A DNA stretch of 64,000 nt from assembly GCA_043228905.1 (NCBI GenBank), contig JBHGNT010000001.1, forward strand, positions 6,572,001-6,636,000, given 5' to 3'. Below the pieces are notes generated by a model, which saw only the letters and a program-made list of their open reading frames with translations, did not search any database and was not told the origin of the DNA. Source of the DNA: Azolla caroliniana (Eukaryota; Plantae; Polypodiophyta). The translations under genes were made by a program, and so were the position numbers. Below are positions 1-12,199 of the stretch, one piece after another (position 1 is the first letter of the stretch; each line of letters starts with the position of its first letter).

Positions 1-1499
1 GAGTATCAAACAAATAGAACATTATACGCTAAAGCACAATATGAGAACATTGCCCTTAAAAGCCAATTAACTATGATATGTAGCATTCTAGCATGCTTCC
101 AATTTATTAAGATAGAATCCATGTCTTTAAGTTTATTATCTCGATTTACATCGTCTTTTTATGTTATGCCTAACAATCAACTTAGCTCCGTTGTTAGTTA
201 TCTTGTCCACAAATTGCATAGACTACTCAAACGTTCCTTGAGTTGAGGGAAAGTTGAGGGGGGAGAAGAAATTTTATAAAAGCTCGTGATAAGGGAAGAT
301 ATTTGGAATAGATTATTATGAGGCCATGCCCATGGAATGTTATAAACATGTTAGTCGTGGTGGACCTTGTAAACCTGTTAACCATGGCACAAAATGTGTA
401 GGTAATTGTTATCATCCTAGCCTATAGAAGTCACATTAAATAATCAACATGTGTCAATCACAATGTGAAATCATTTAATTTATACATTATCAAACATACT
501 CTACACTTCTCCGCAAGTTATTGCTTGTAAAGCATAGTGTGAAAGGATTGTCTTTATGCATCATATAAGAAGAAGTAAATGTGTTCATAGATTGCTGCTT
601 GTAAATTTACCAAGTTAGTTGGTTGAAATTCTAATATTTAATACGTAAACATGACAATAACTGGCAAAGGTTGTGGTTCATATCCAACATAACGGGTTTA
701 ATTTGCATTCATTTTCATATTAATTCATAATTCTTTCTTGAACATGGATCTATGAAATTGACTTTGACATTTTATGAACACAGGGTTGAAAATGACAACA
801 TTGTGATTTAAAAGTCAATGCACAAAGAAACTTTCACAAGGCATTCCATTTAGATTCATTTGTGATGGGAGGAGTAAAAGGATAATGGTCTCGTGACGAG
901 GATTGTTTCAGTTGAGGAGAGAAAGAGAGGGGAATTAATTTAAAAAATAGCAAAGATGGTACCCAAAGAAAAATGAAGAAGTTGATAGGTGGAGTTCAGG
1001 AAAATTACCCCTTATGTTATAAGTTTCGAGGTTGGAGATCCCAAGAAGTGAGGTCTATCGGCCGTTGAGAATGAGATCAAAAGGGAAGTTACTAACCGCC
1101 TTTGAAACTTAAAGAGTATGTATATGATACGACATTCTACCTTTATATTGAATACAATGTTTTTTCTTTGTACACTTAATGCTTTAAAAGGTATTTCTAA
1201 CTTCCAAGTCTATGACTCATTTGAATATTTTGAAGTCATTACAAATTATTTCAAATAAGGCCAAAAAATCCAAAATGGATTGTTATTTGTAGCATTGAAA
1301 AACGAGACAACGCTATGGCTTCTCATTGGAAATGGGCAAAAAACTATCACATGCACATTTTTATGCATTCCTTCATGGAACCACAACTTAAGAGTAGCTC
1401 TTATGCCTTGCCACCATCCTCAAATGTCATCGAGCATCCCAACATAGTTTCGCTTGCATGAAAAACTTCTTTGTATAGACAATGTATGTGCATTCGACA

Positions 1500-2450
1500 A
1501 GGTTCTAGGATTCTTCGTGCTCAAATTTCTTTGAATGCCTTCTCCTATAATGGTATGATGTATGATGTATGGATGAAGGCAATAGTATGATCCTAGATAC
1601 ATGGTGGTCATCTTCATATGACATGGAAAATACATTGAAGATCAGTTTCTTAGTGGTAACTTAATACATAAGGCGTCCCTATTATAATAGTCTAAACAAT
1701 AACTTCATCACTTGGTTGGAAAATCTCTTACATATATCTTTCATGAAAGGCTCTTAATGTATAATATGTTTTGATAGTTCAATTTGGCTAAAACTTCAAC
1801 GGGTTCAATTTATTACTTCAAATTGTGCAGGCGTTAACATTGAAATTTAATACTAGACTTATTGATGCACAACATATGATGTACCAATAGGGCGTTCAAT
1901 GTTCATTTATTGGCCCATTTATTGGCCACAAGTCGTTGTGAACTCTAGGTTGCGCATTACCTATGTGGCTTGGATGTTTAATTAACATCCATAATTTAGG
2001 CCATTCCAACTCTAGTCATGCATCTTACATGGATTTTGCATTAGTCCAAACGAGATATAGAAGTCTTCATGGCAACATATATCCTAAGGTACTATGACAC
2101 ATTAAATGTGAGTATACAATGAAAAATTATCTAGAAGTTGTGGCCGATATAAAACTATGTTATACAATTGCTTTTAATTTTAATTACTCAAACTCATTAA
2201 CACCGTAGTGAATTAACATGTAAAGTCAAACATGACAAAGTTCCCTATAGTGTATTAATTAATATGCATTAAGTTGGGAGGGGGGGGGGAGCAAGGTAGG
2301 CTCATAAATATTTGCACCATACAATCTCATCCACCTTATGAACAATCATTAGCAGAAATGGTTGTAAATGAGGACTAAGAAGTTAATGCTATCCATGACA
2401 AAGTTCTTCCACAGTGAATCCATCATATCTACCGATTTGAATGAATTGAA
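1500..2450 (+). mobile_element. PIF/Harbinger transposase remnant
   Basis: Fragments in Harbinger order: FNLAKTST (FGxGxST-like), LIDAQH (AIDGTH-like), QVVVNSRLRITYVA (QAVVD..RF-like), YIL. Many stops. Confidence 0.45.
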
Positions 2451-3449
2451 TGTAGTATAAACATGACAATGCAAACTGACATAGATGGTAAGTAATACTA
2501 ATTAAATAAGTTTCCTCGATTAAATACTGACAGCATTGAAGACATTTTTGCCATGAAAACAAAAGGAAAAAGAGATATTGATGGGAGGGAACTAGTTGAC
2601 ACCATACACGTCAATTGATTTAGAGCCCTTGGTGAATTGTTTGTAAACTTTTAAAAAAAACATGGATACATTATTGATGAAAAAACATGCAAACATCTTA
2701 GTATATGTATATTAATAATTGTTTGAGGCAATGGAAGTTCGTAGTATAATATGATAGATGGGTGATTTTCTCTAAAAATATTGTGAAACAGACAAACTAG
2801 GGAAGTTGTCCTGAGACCTTCAATGGAAACCTTATCGACATGGACATGGGAAACATGCATGAAGTGGTCGTCATTATATTGGACCACTGTAACATGACTC
2901 TAAGAAAACCTTTTGAAAGCAAAGCACATCGATGCCCGTAGTTACATCTCATTAACTAAAGGTTTGTTCATCATTTTGGTTGTTGGATAAGTTTAAAATC
3001 AAGTTAGCCTTCCTTGTTTAACACAACTAGATATGGCTAAAGTTGTCTACCATCTATAGTTAGCTCCTCCCCATGAGTATAATAATTATTCATTAACCAT
3101 AACAAGGCTAGGTCATAAATAAAGCATATATGCTTTCACACCAAACATATTCATGAACAATGAACAATGAACAATGACCCTAACTCCCACAATTTGGCAA
3201 AAACAGAAGATATAGATTAGTTCGTGCGGTCACTTGTCATTACTACAATAGTTATAAATTAGGGCTTCGAAATAAGTTCTAACCACAAACATTCTTACTA
3301 GTGGACTCCATTCGTATCTTGCCTCTCACATAATTGTCTAGACTCTAAATAGAACAAAGTCATCGAAATATGTCTGTTGAACCTAGAAGAAATTAATTAA
3401 AACTATAGATTTATCCAAAGTTATCGATGATTCCAATTGAAAATGTTAG

Positions 3450-4410
3450 GTGATCCTAATTCATGCCCAAATATTTCTCTTATTCTTTTGACGCAATCAT
3501 CATCCTACGATTTCCTAATCATGGCTTATATTCATCAAAACATTGATAGCTTTGTGGCTTATGATTGCGTAAAATTATTACTCGTTTCTCAATTATACAT
3601 TTGTTAAAGGTCTTCTAGGTTTGTAGCATGTCTCGATTTAGCTTTGCAATGGTCCTATAAGGTGTATCTAATATTTGTTACTAACATGCCATTTTATGGA
3701 TTTCATTAGATTTATCAACATCTCCTTCTCAAGTCAAATTTATTGTTTCCAAATCTTTGTATTGTGGAAATGGAGTCTCTAAAGGCATGTTTTTAGAGGT
3801 GGAAATGGTGAATAAACTCATTAATGTCAAATTAAGCATGTTTTGAAGATTTTGTCTTGCCATTAATTTAATAGGATATGTTTATGACGGTTTCTTCAGA
3901 TCAATTTATTTGATGAGAAGAAAATTTAATCCAAATCATGATTACAAATATTTTTATCATCAATAATGTATAGATCCATTAGACATTTGAAGGTTTTGAT
4001 ACTCATTATGGACAATGTTCGTGTTACATATTAAGGCAATTTATCGTCAAATTGAATCTCTAATGTATATTCTACATGTTTGATTGCACAAGGGTGTCAA
4101 GATACATGTGTAGAATGTAATCTATGTATGTTAGCAGTTTGGATGGTGTTTAAGCTCTAGGCATTCATATTATGCCAACAATGCATAATGTCTTATTATT
4201 TGTAAGCCGAGGTGTGTGACATTGTGTTCGAAAACTTTTGTTACATTGAAGATTATGAATGTTGCATCAAATATGAAAAACCTTCGATGTTGGCATGCTC
4301 AACTTTTGTTATTTTTTCAAGAGAGGAAATATAGCAAATACGGTATATGTAATTCATCACTGGTGGTTATTCCATTCATCTTTAAATATGATTTTTTTAT
4401 TTTTTGGTGA
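3450..4410 (+). mobile_element. Possible KDZ/Zisupton-like transposase fossil
   Basis: Broken motifs in the expected order: CLA..YDGFF, FYMFDC, F(H)YYANNA*C..KPR and NM..R...L..RK..YG. See findings. Confidence 0.3.
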
Positions 4411-5993
4411 CAAGCAACTACAATCATAAATATAATAATAGTGTCGGTAAATCAGTCAATGGATTCTCTAAATCAATATGTGCATGGGTATAAATTAAGA
4501 TTGGAGTTAATGTGATAAATGGAAGGACATAAAAAAATGCATTTGTGTGACCATGTGTGTGTTTTGAAATGTCCTTTCAAATAAGAAAGAGGTATGTTCT
4601 TTCTACGTTACAATCCTACCATTTTGGTACCACTAAAAGAAAATACTTTGCGAGCAAAAGAAGAATTGACACTTCCGTTGGTAAGAAAATCCCTTCTCAC
4701 TAAAAGAAGAATTGACACTTTCTTTTGCTAGTTGTCTATATAGTGACTAGAAAGTAAAAGGATAACGAGAGATGACAGAAGTGATTGTTTCCAATCACTT
4801 TCTATGTGTGAAATGTTATGGTTTTTGAAGATGGATTTCCCATGGAAAAGGTAGAAATATGAATTATTTTATGAAACTAGAGTTAAAACATTAGATCTAA
4901 GGGACAAGTACATAAAACTTAAGTGTGTCGGTGTTCATTGAGTGGGTTGATTGGACACCATGTGTAGTGTGATTCATCTCCTTTTTGCTAGATTGTCTTT
5001 TAAGGGGCAACGTCATTTTAAGTGGAAATGGTAATTTGCATAAAGCCTTTTAGGGAGTTTTGCAATACCGCTTGCTTTGTGTTAGCATTGGCTCAAGGAG
5101 TTATGTGATTCTTTGAATTGTGGGATTGAATGTCAACGTTCTCTTTCACATTGCTCTTTATCACACAAATTTTTGCATTGGTCTCTTGATAATGCCAAAC
5201 AGAAGAAGGCAATTAACACAAATCCTCATTGTATTGTGTAGGATTAAAAACTACTTAACTCGCATAAATCAAAACAAGTCTTTATGTTTTGTTATAGGAC
5301 GATAGTAGAGTATCAAACAAATACTTATTGCAACATACAAAGAATATTCATGTGAACACATGCAACATACAAGAAAGGAGATTTTATGGTAAGAAAAATC
5401 CCAAATAATTATATATGTGATATTCACACTTGTGGTTGAATAAACATGTAAAGAAAGAATGGTGTACACGTGGGACCATATTTGTGATGAGGTTGCACAT
5501 GATTGACTTATCTTAAACAAAATACAAAATTATGTTTGATATGATTTCATTAGCATTTCAAGTTAGTTTCGAAACAAGAACCATGTGTTATGGGGCCATG
5601 TTTGTGCTTGAAGGTTGACAAAAGAAAATGAGAAATAAGTATGGTATACTGTCAATGAGATGTCAACTAGGCAACGAGGATGCCTATCTCACGAGGCTTG
5701 TCCAACCATGTATCACGAATGTTTGGATGGGGAAAACCCACAACCCACTTAATCAAGCCTTTCAATCTCTATGTAAATAGTAGTAAAATTAATCAACCAC
5801 CTAAGAATTTGTTGTTAGTAAAAGTAAAACGTATGCTAATTTGGTTGTGCCTTTGGGCGAAACAAAATAAGTGAACGAAAGATGTATTCTAAATTTCACA
5901 TGAAAAATGAAGCCATGTAAAAGTTTGTGCAATAGTTTATTCAAACACTTAAATAATACTCAATGTGCTTGAATGCACATCTCATGTCAATGT

Positions 5994-6680
5994 TTTTTAT
6001 TTTATTAAAAAAAAAAAACTACTTCCATTAGTTAAGGCAATGTACATAGGATAATATACAACCAATAACTTACAGGCCACCTTGCATGTCAAAAGAAAAC
6101 AATATGTGTAGAGGAAACAACAAAAACAACTCCAAAACACCACATCATTTGATGACCATAGCATTACCCAAACACATACTCTCCATGTGAGCCTCATACA
6201 ACCTGAATTCGACATAGACGTGCTCCACTCACTTCTTATGGAAGCACCCATCTAGATGTTAGGTACACTCGAAGGGAACAACCACCATGGTGGTTGATAA
6301 TTCCACTTCGCTTTACCATCCACCATCTGCAGCATCGACGAACCGCTCCATTTCAGAAGGAACCGAGCTCTAGCTTCTTCACTTGCGTCAAAGGGCCCTT
6401 AAAGACTTTCAAACTCTCCTCGTAACGTGGAAATAAGATTAAACCAGATCATCATTAAATTCTCAGCCGGTGGGGTTCGCTTACCTGCGAAAGTCTCGTT
6501 GCACCTAGATACCCACACTTGCCAAACCGTAAGGCCGACCACTAATAACCATACGTCCACGTAGTGTTCCTGTAAGAAGAATGAACCTCCTTGCGCTGGT
6601 TGTACAGCTCCTTACATCACCTTTAAAGAAGGACTACTTCCGTTCCACCCTTGAAACCACAAAGCCGATTCAGTGGGATG
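5994..6680 (-). mobile_element. 5'-truncated 3' end of a related LINE
   Basis: The minus strand reads EEARARFLLKWSGSSM..KWNYQPPWWLFP, matching ERARSKFLLK*..KWNYQAPRWLFPP in the 13 kb copy. Both copies share the terminal motif actacttc(c)cattagtt (~6018 and ~13158). Confidence 0.8.
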
Positions 6681-6839
6681 CTTTCCTCTAACGTGCTACT
6701 TGTTTAACCACAATAGTAGTTATAAATGCACACATTTACATTGCAATCCAACATAATGAACTAGGAAATTATTGAAATACACCAACAAACACATACATGC
6801 TAGATGAAGAAGCATTGAATCGTGTGGGATCATTGCAAT

Positions 6840-7330
6840 GCGAGAGCATCTCTGCCAAATATGGTCACTTATTTTTGACCTGGAAGAAGCTTTCACAATC
6901 TTTTCTAAGCAACATAATCGAGTTGCGGTGTCTTATAACGCAATAAATTCTGGGTATGTGCAGAATAATAAAGGTTTTTCAGCTTTGCACGACCATGATG
7001 TATGATATGTGCATGTATTTTACCTATGGAAACTTGGAAGAAACATTCACTGTCTTTTCTAAGCAATATAATCGAGATGTGGTGTCTTACAATGCATTGA
7101 TTTCTAGGTTTGTGTGGAATAATAATGGTTTTTCAGCTTTGAAACCTTTGAGCAACAAATATGTGAAGTTGGTTGACCTTATTGATAGCATGTAGATGCT
7201 TTCGCAATATAGATAGGGGGAAATTGTGCTCAAATGAAGCTTTTTGAAATTGGATCCTAATACAATAGTAGGATATGCACTAATGTCAAGCATGTATACT
7301 GAAAGTCACATAGTGGAAGCTATATATCTC
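6840..7330 (+). pseudogene. Degenerate PLS-class PPR fragment
   Basis: MYFTYGNLEETFTVFSKQYNRDVVSYNALIS is preceded by a near-duplicate repeat (~6880-6985). LDPNTIVGYALMSSMY resembles the E domain. Confidence 0.7.
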
Positions 7331-8514
7331 CTAATCATCTCTCATTTTGGTAAAATAAGTAGACTGTATTTTGTAGATGACATGTTTTTTAAAACTAATG
7401 GAAGGATATCTTGTTTAGAAAAAAAAAACACATACATGCTAGAATCAGATTACGTAAAAGTTGACAAAATTTTTGTAGTCAATCAAGGAGCCACTCGACC
7501 TTTAAAAGATAATCCTTTTATTTTTATTTGAACTTTACATATGTAATATGAACCAAACGTTTGACCCTCATCCTAAAAAGCATTATCAACATTGTGAAAG
7601 AAAGATACTTAGACAAGAACTATGCATTGTTGACAAGTCTTCTTATATGTGGCCCAACCCCCTATCTCACATAGGAGAGTTTGTAAGCAATGGTGCAAAT
7701 GGCAGACAAAGGGTTGGACTTTGTCATGTGTGAGTTCTTATGGTTTTCTCATTCACTAAAGAGGATGGTTTTGTAGTTTGATATAAACTATGTAATGTAT
7801 CGTGTGATACATGAGCCTCCACATATCTCCCAAGTGATAAACCAATGTAATGTATTGTGTGATACATGGGCCTCCACATCTCTCCCAAGAGATACACTAG
7901 TGCTATAAAAAAAACTCATTGAATGAGCTATTGATTGAAAGAAAGATATCCATAGCATGTAATATGTATGGAGTTGTCTTGTGACTCTCGATATTCAAGA
8001 ATTTTATTGGTGAACATTGCAATTGAGAGAGCACGTTGTGAGTGTCAAAGAAATTTGTGTAGGCATAGGACCAAATTTCATAGAGGGGTGGATTTTACTA
8101 TCTTTCTCCTATAGTATTTGTGAAGTTGAATAATTACGCTCAATATTTTTGCCAATGACCATTGCAATTAAGAGTGATAATGAGAGACGTGTGTAGGGAT
8201 AACAATTAAGAGTACTTCAGGCCAAAATATACATAACTGATTAATCCCATCACATGTGGCCCCAGGGGCCACGTCTCATCACACGTAAAAGAGAACGATG
8301 AAATTCCTCGATAGGTGGATCTGAGGGATGTGGGCACTGTATAAATTTGTGAGGAGCTATGTACTAGTTGCAGGAAATATGGGACAAGGTTTTGAAATAA
8401 CTCGTTCAGTCAGACAAGGATGCTCACTTGCCCCATACCTATTCATTATGCGGAGTCTCTTTTAGCAAGTTTATGAGCCGTTGAGCCCTGGATTAAAGGT
8501 CTACAGAATCCAGG

Positions 8515-9040
8515 TAGTAATGGGCATAGTTCAGTTCAATTTCAAGGCAAAGAAATCGAACCATTTATATAAAACAAAAACTAAACCAACCCGTCTATGA
8601 ACTCTCAAGTATTTAAACCAAAGCTTTTAGGGAAAAGCTAAAACCAAACTGAACCATTTAATAAAAATTTTAAACCTAACCATTTAAGTCAAACTAATTA
8701 AATATTTAAATAAATAAAAATACATTAAATTAAATAAGAATTTAAGTTAAATTTATTAAATCAATAAAAGAAATTTTAATCGAACCATTAAATTAAATAA
8801 ACATTTAAGTTAGATTAATTAAATAAATAAATAACCATTAAACTAATAAACTATTAAGGTAAAGAAAAAGTTAACCAAAAACCTATAAACCTTCCAACCA
8901 AACCTATAAACCCAAGTTTCCGAATCGTTTATCGAAAATCCAAACCAAACAAAACCATTAAATTTTTTTGTAACCAATAAATTGTTCAACCATGGCTTAA
9001 CGGTTCGGTTCGGTTTGAGTCGAAACCATGCCCATTGCTA
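8515..9040. mobile_element. hAT-type MITE inserted in the LINE
   Basis: TIRs are TAGTAATGGGCATAGTT at the left end and AAACCATGCCCATTGCTA at the right end. The degenerate 8-bp TSD is AATCCAGG / ATTCTAGG (6/8). Subterminal AACC/GGTTC repeats surround an AT-rich core. The LINE protein sequence resumes after the insert. Confidence 0.85.
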
Positions 9041-9079
9041 ATTCTAGGGCATGATAAAGAGTTGTTTATATCAGCCTAG

Positions 9080-9653
9080 TGTCACAAACACACCAACCCT
9101 AGACTACGACAAAGCACAGATGACGAGGCTACGACCGATAAGGTTACGAACAAGGAACTCGATGTGATGAGGCTAGAAACTCAGGAAGTTCGGAGCGACG
9201 AGATGAGGAACTTAAGACGATAGGAACAATACAAGAGCATAAAGACAGAGATATAAATCAAGGAGAGAAGATGGGGCTAAAAGAAAATACTAGATTGATG
9301 TGCCAATGACTAGCGTTGAATCCCTTCAAAGGGACCAAGCAAGTTACAAGTATTTATATTGTGCGTCGAAGTACATGCATTAGAATATCCAGGAGAATAT
9401 TCTAGAACCCTCTAGAACCTTCTAGTTCTAAAACTTTCTAAAAACTCCTAGAACTTGAAATAGATAATCTACTAATAATCTACTAAAATATAAATACATG
9501 ACCATGTATTTGGACGTGTTGGTTAAAACATAACACTTGACTATATGCAACAGGTGAAGAGTTCGAATCTTGATATGATTGTTGTCATGTTCGTGACATT
9601 ATCCTCTCCTCTACGACCGCCTTTTCGGAAGCGTGGCAGTCATGTTCGTGACA
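9080..9653 (-). mobile_element. Internally deleted LTR retrotransposon (one full LTR plus PPT plus a stub of the 5' LTR)
   Basis: Ends are TGTCAC...GTGACA. On the minus strand a PPT (AGAGGAGAGGATAA) precedes TGTCACGAACATGAC at 9598, and the same 15-mer starts the element at 9653. The partial TSD is CCTAG/CCTTC. A minus-strand TATAAATA lies near 9355. Confidence 0.8.
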
Positions 9654-12199
9654 CCTTCGCTGATGATACGATGTTGTTTGTCAATGGGATGCAAGAAAAC
9701 CTTTGCAGATGGGAAATTTTGATTAACATTTCTTATAGAGTTTCAAGGGCCAAGATAAATTGACACAAGTCCAAGGGTTGGTGGATTAGAGGCCAACAAC
9801 TAGAGTGGTATCTACATCCTTCCTTTTGCTAGCTGCAAGAAAAAGTGGCAACCAAATACTTAGGTTTCTGGATAGGGATTAATATTCCCAAGAGTATGCA
9901 ACTAGAGGAGTTGCAATGCTCAATAATAAATAAACTAAAATACTGGAATTCTGCTCAGCTCTCACTAGCGGGAAGAGTACTCATAACAAAATATTGCTTG
10001 CAACCATGTGGCATGCACTGTCATGTTGGATCTTTGACAGGAAAGGTGTAGCTGGTATAAACTCTAATATTTGCATATTTCTATGGGCAAGCAAATCCCA
10101 GGATAAAGTGGCAACCAAAGTTGCATGGAAGAAAATAACACGATGCAAGAAAGAGGGGGGACTTGAACTCATCGATCCAGAAACTTAGAGCAAAGCATTA
10201 TTGGGCAAATTAGTAGTAAGGAGTCTCCTCCTTGGCAAGGAAGTTTGGAAAGTGTTGATGTGGCATATATTTGATATGTGGTCTCTTAGAACAAGAGACA
10301 AAAAGTTGTCGACAAATAGATGGTTTTTTGTACAAGAAATGAAGCTCAAATTGTCAAAAGCACCTGAAGACCGTATGATGCTCTCCATCATGATTGCTTA
10401 GAAGACTCTTAGGGAGGAAATGCATTGGAGGCAGTCATCCTCTCTGTCGAATACAATAATATAATGGACGTATTCACATTATCCCATTGGACAAACCAAA
10501 TTAAAGCATATTTGTAATTAGCATAAAGGGCAATTGCCCTAGTTTGGTTAGTATATAACCAAACTTATAACCTAGTTTGTATGTTCATGCTGCCATTTGA
10601 ATTTAATACATTTACTATTGTGTGGCTCTTAGTTTCCCTCGCTCAACCTTCTTGCTTTTTGAAGTTTGTCTTTGTCATCTCTGTTCATCTGTTTTGTATC
10701 CAACAACTTGTTGTCTTAATACACAATGTTATGTTTTACTTCTCTATTGACAATTTAGTTTACAACACTCTATCCATGATGGACTGGGCTTGTCAACCTC
10801 TTCTATGGAATCCCAACATTACAAATATTAGCGGTAAAATATTGGGAATGGATGTGGGACTTCCTTTGGCAGATTTAGAAAAGCAATGGCAACCCACAAT
10901 GGCTAAGTGGTGGGAACACTAGTAGGAAATCAATAACATAATGGAAAGTGGCAATAAAAAATGGAAGAAAATGATTACACTCAGAAAAAATTCTATGTAG
11001 GTGTATCCTTGGGAAGCTCATATGGTGGAACGTGGCTTTGAGGGATGTAAATGGTTGGGGTGCTTCAATGGTAGAGGGGTTATACAAGACATTAAACAAG
11101 TTAATGAAAATGTTGAGAGCTCCACTACAATGGTGGAATTTGAGGAATGGATGCCAATTAGAGTGCTTACTAGATCTAAAAAACAAATTATGGGAAGTAA
11201 ACCCAGATGCAAAAACAATGCAACTTCTAAAATTTGGATCTTAGAGGATACATGTTGAAAGAACCTAATGTGGGATCCAACGGAACTAGGATGGAAATTT
11301 CCGAAAGGTAATGTACAGTTTTTCTGTTATTCATCTAAGATTGGCGGCAATATTCTACAAGGCAAGAACTTGGAGCAAGAGGGCCTTTCTAACAAGTGGA
11401 TTAAAGAAGACTTGGATTATGATTTCCGAAAACAATAGTGGAAACAATTATGGGCCACTAAGATTGCCGAAAAGATAAAAGCTTTCTTATGGCTATGTAG
11501 CCACATATCTCTTTCGATAGGTGCTCGACTACAGAAAAAGGGGAATTTTTGGGAATTGCAGGTTGTGCTCTTCATGGCTCAAACTTCTAAAGCATTGCTT
11601 ATGAGAATACTAATGAAGAGCATGTTAGAAGGTTGCATGTCTTTGGGATCTGCACTATGGTTGAGATTGGAGGAAAAGCTTGAATACCAAGAAACCTAGA
11701 TAGGCTAAAGGCGTTTTGTGTGCAAAGAAATAAATGCATTGTACAACTAGGTAGGGTATTGCAAATTTGGTGTTTGAATAGGCTGAGTGACATCTAACCC
11801 ACCAAAGCCTCTATCACACTATGGAACATTTGGAAATCTAGATGCAAAGTAGGTCTCACGGGGGAAGAAAGTCGACCAAAGGAGACAATCATATGATCTA
11901 ATTACGAATATATGAGCTCAATATGAAAAGTTGGAAGGAACTTCAAACACAGTGGAAACTACGAGACTTTTTGTTTGTGTCTTTTGGATTTGTGTGCCCA
12001 TGCAAATCTAGAAAGTCAATGTGAGGTTTTTATTATTAACCGAGAACACGTATTCAACAACCCTTTCTATGTCCATTATCAAACCAAACATGATCCAACC
12101 TCTAGAAGTAGAAGCACAAATGACATTTGTCTCTTGATTGAAGAAACCATGATCCAACACTTTTTGATATTTTTAAACTCTTTTGTAAGTGGACCTAAG

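Larger units (their letters stand above)
8370..11990 (+). mobile_element. Degenerate L1-clade LINE (RT C-terminal half to zf region) interrupted by three insertions
   Basis: SVRQGCSLAPYLF at ~8405, HDKELFISA then FADDTMLF across the LTR insert, YLGFWIG, LSLAGRV, KVAWKKITRCKKEGGL and QPLLWNP. The order is colinear with the 13-17.5 kb LINE. Confidence 0.9.

Noticed and set aside
4631-4720. CACTA-like terminus CACTAAAAGAAAA, with a similar copy at 4698
   Set aside because: No matching inverted end or recognisable transposase could be tied to it.
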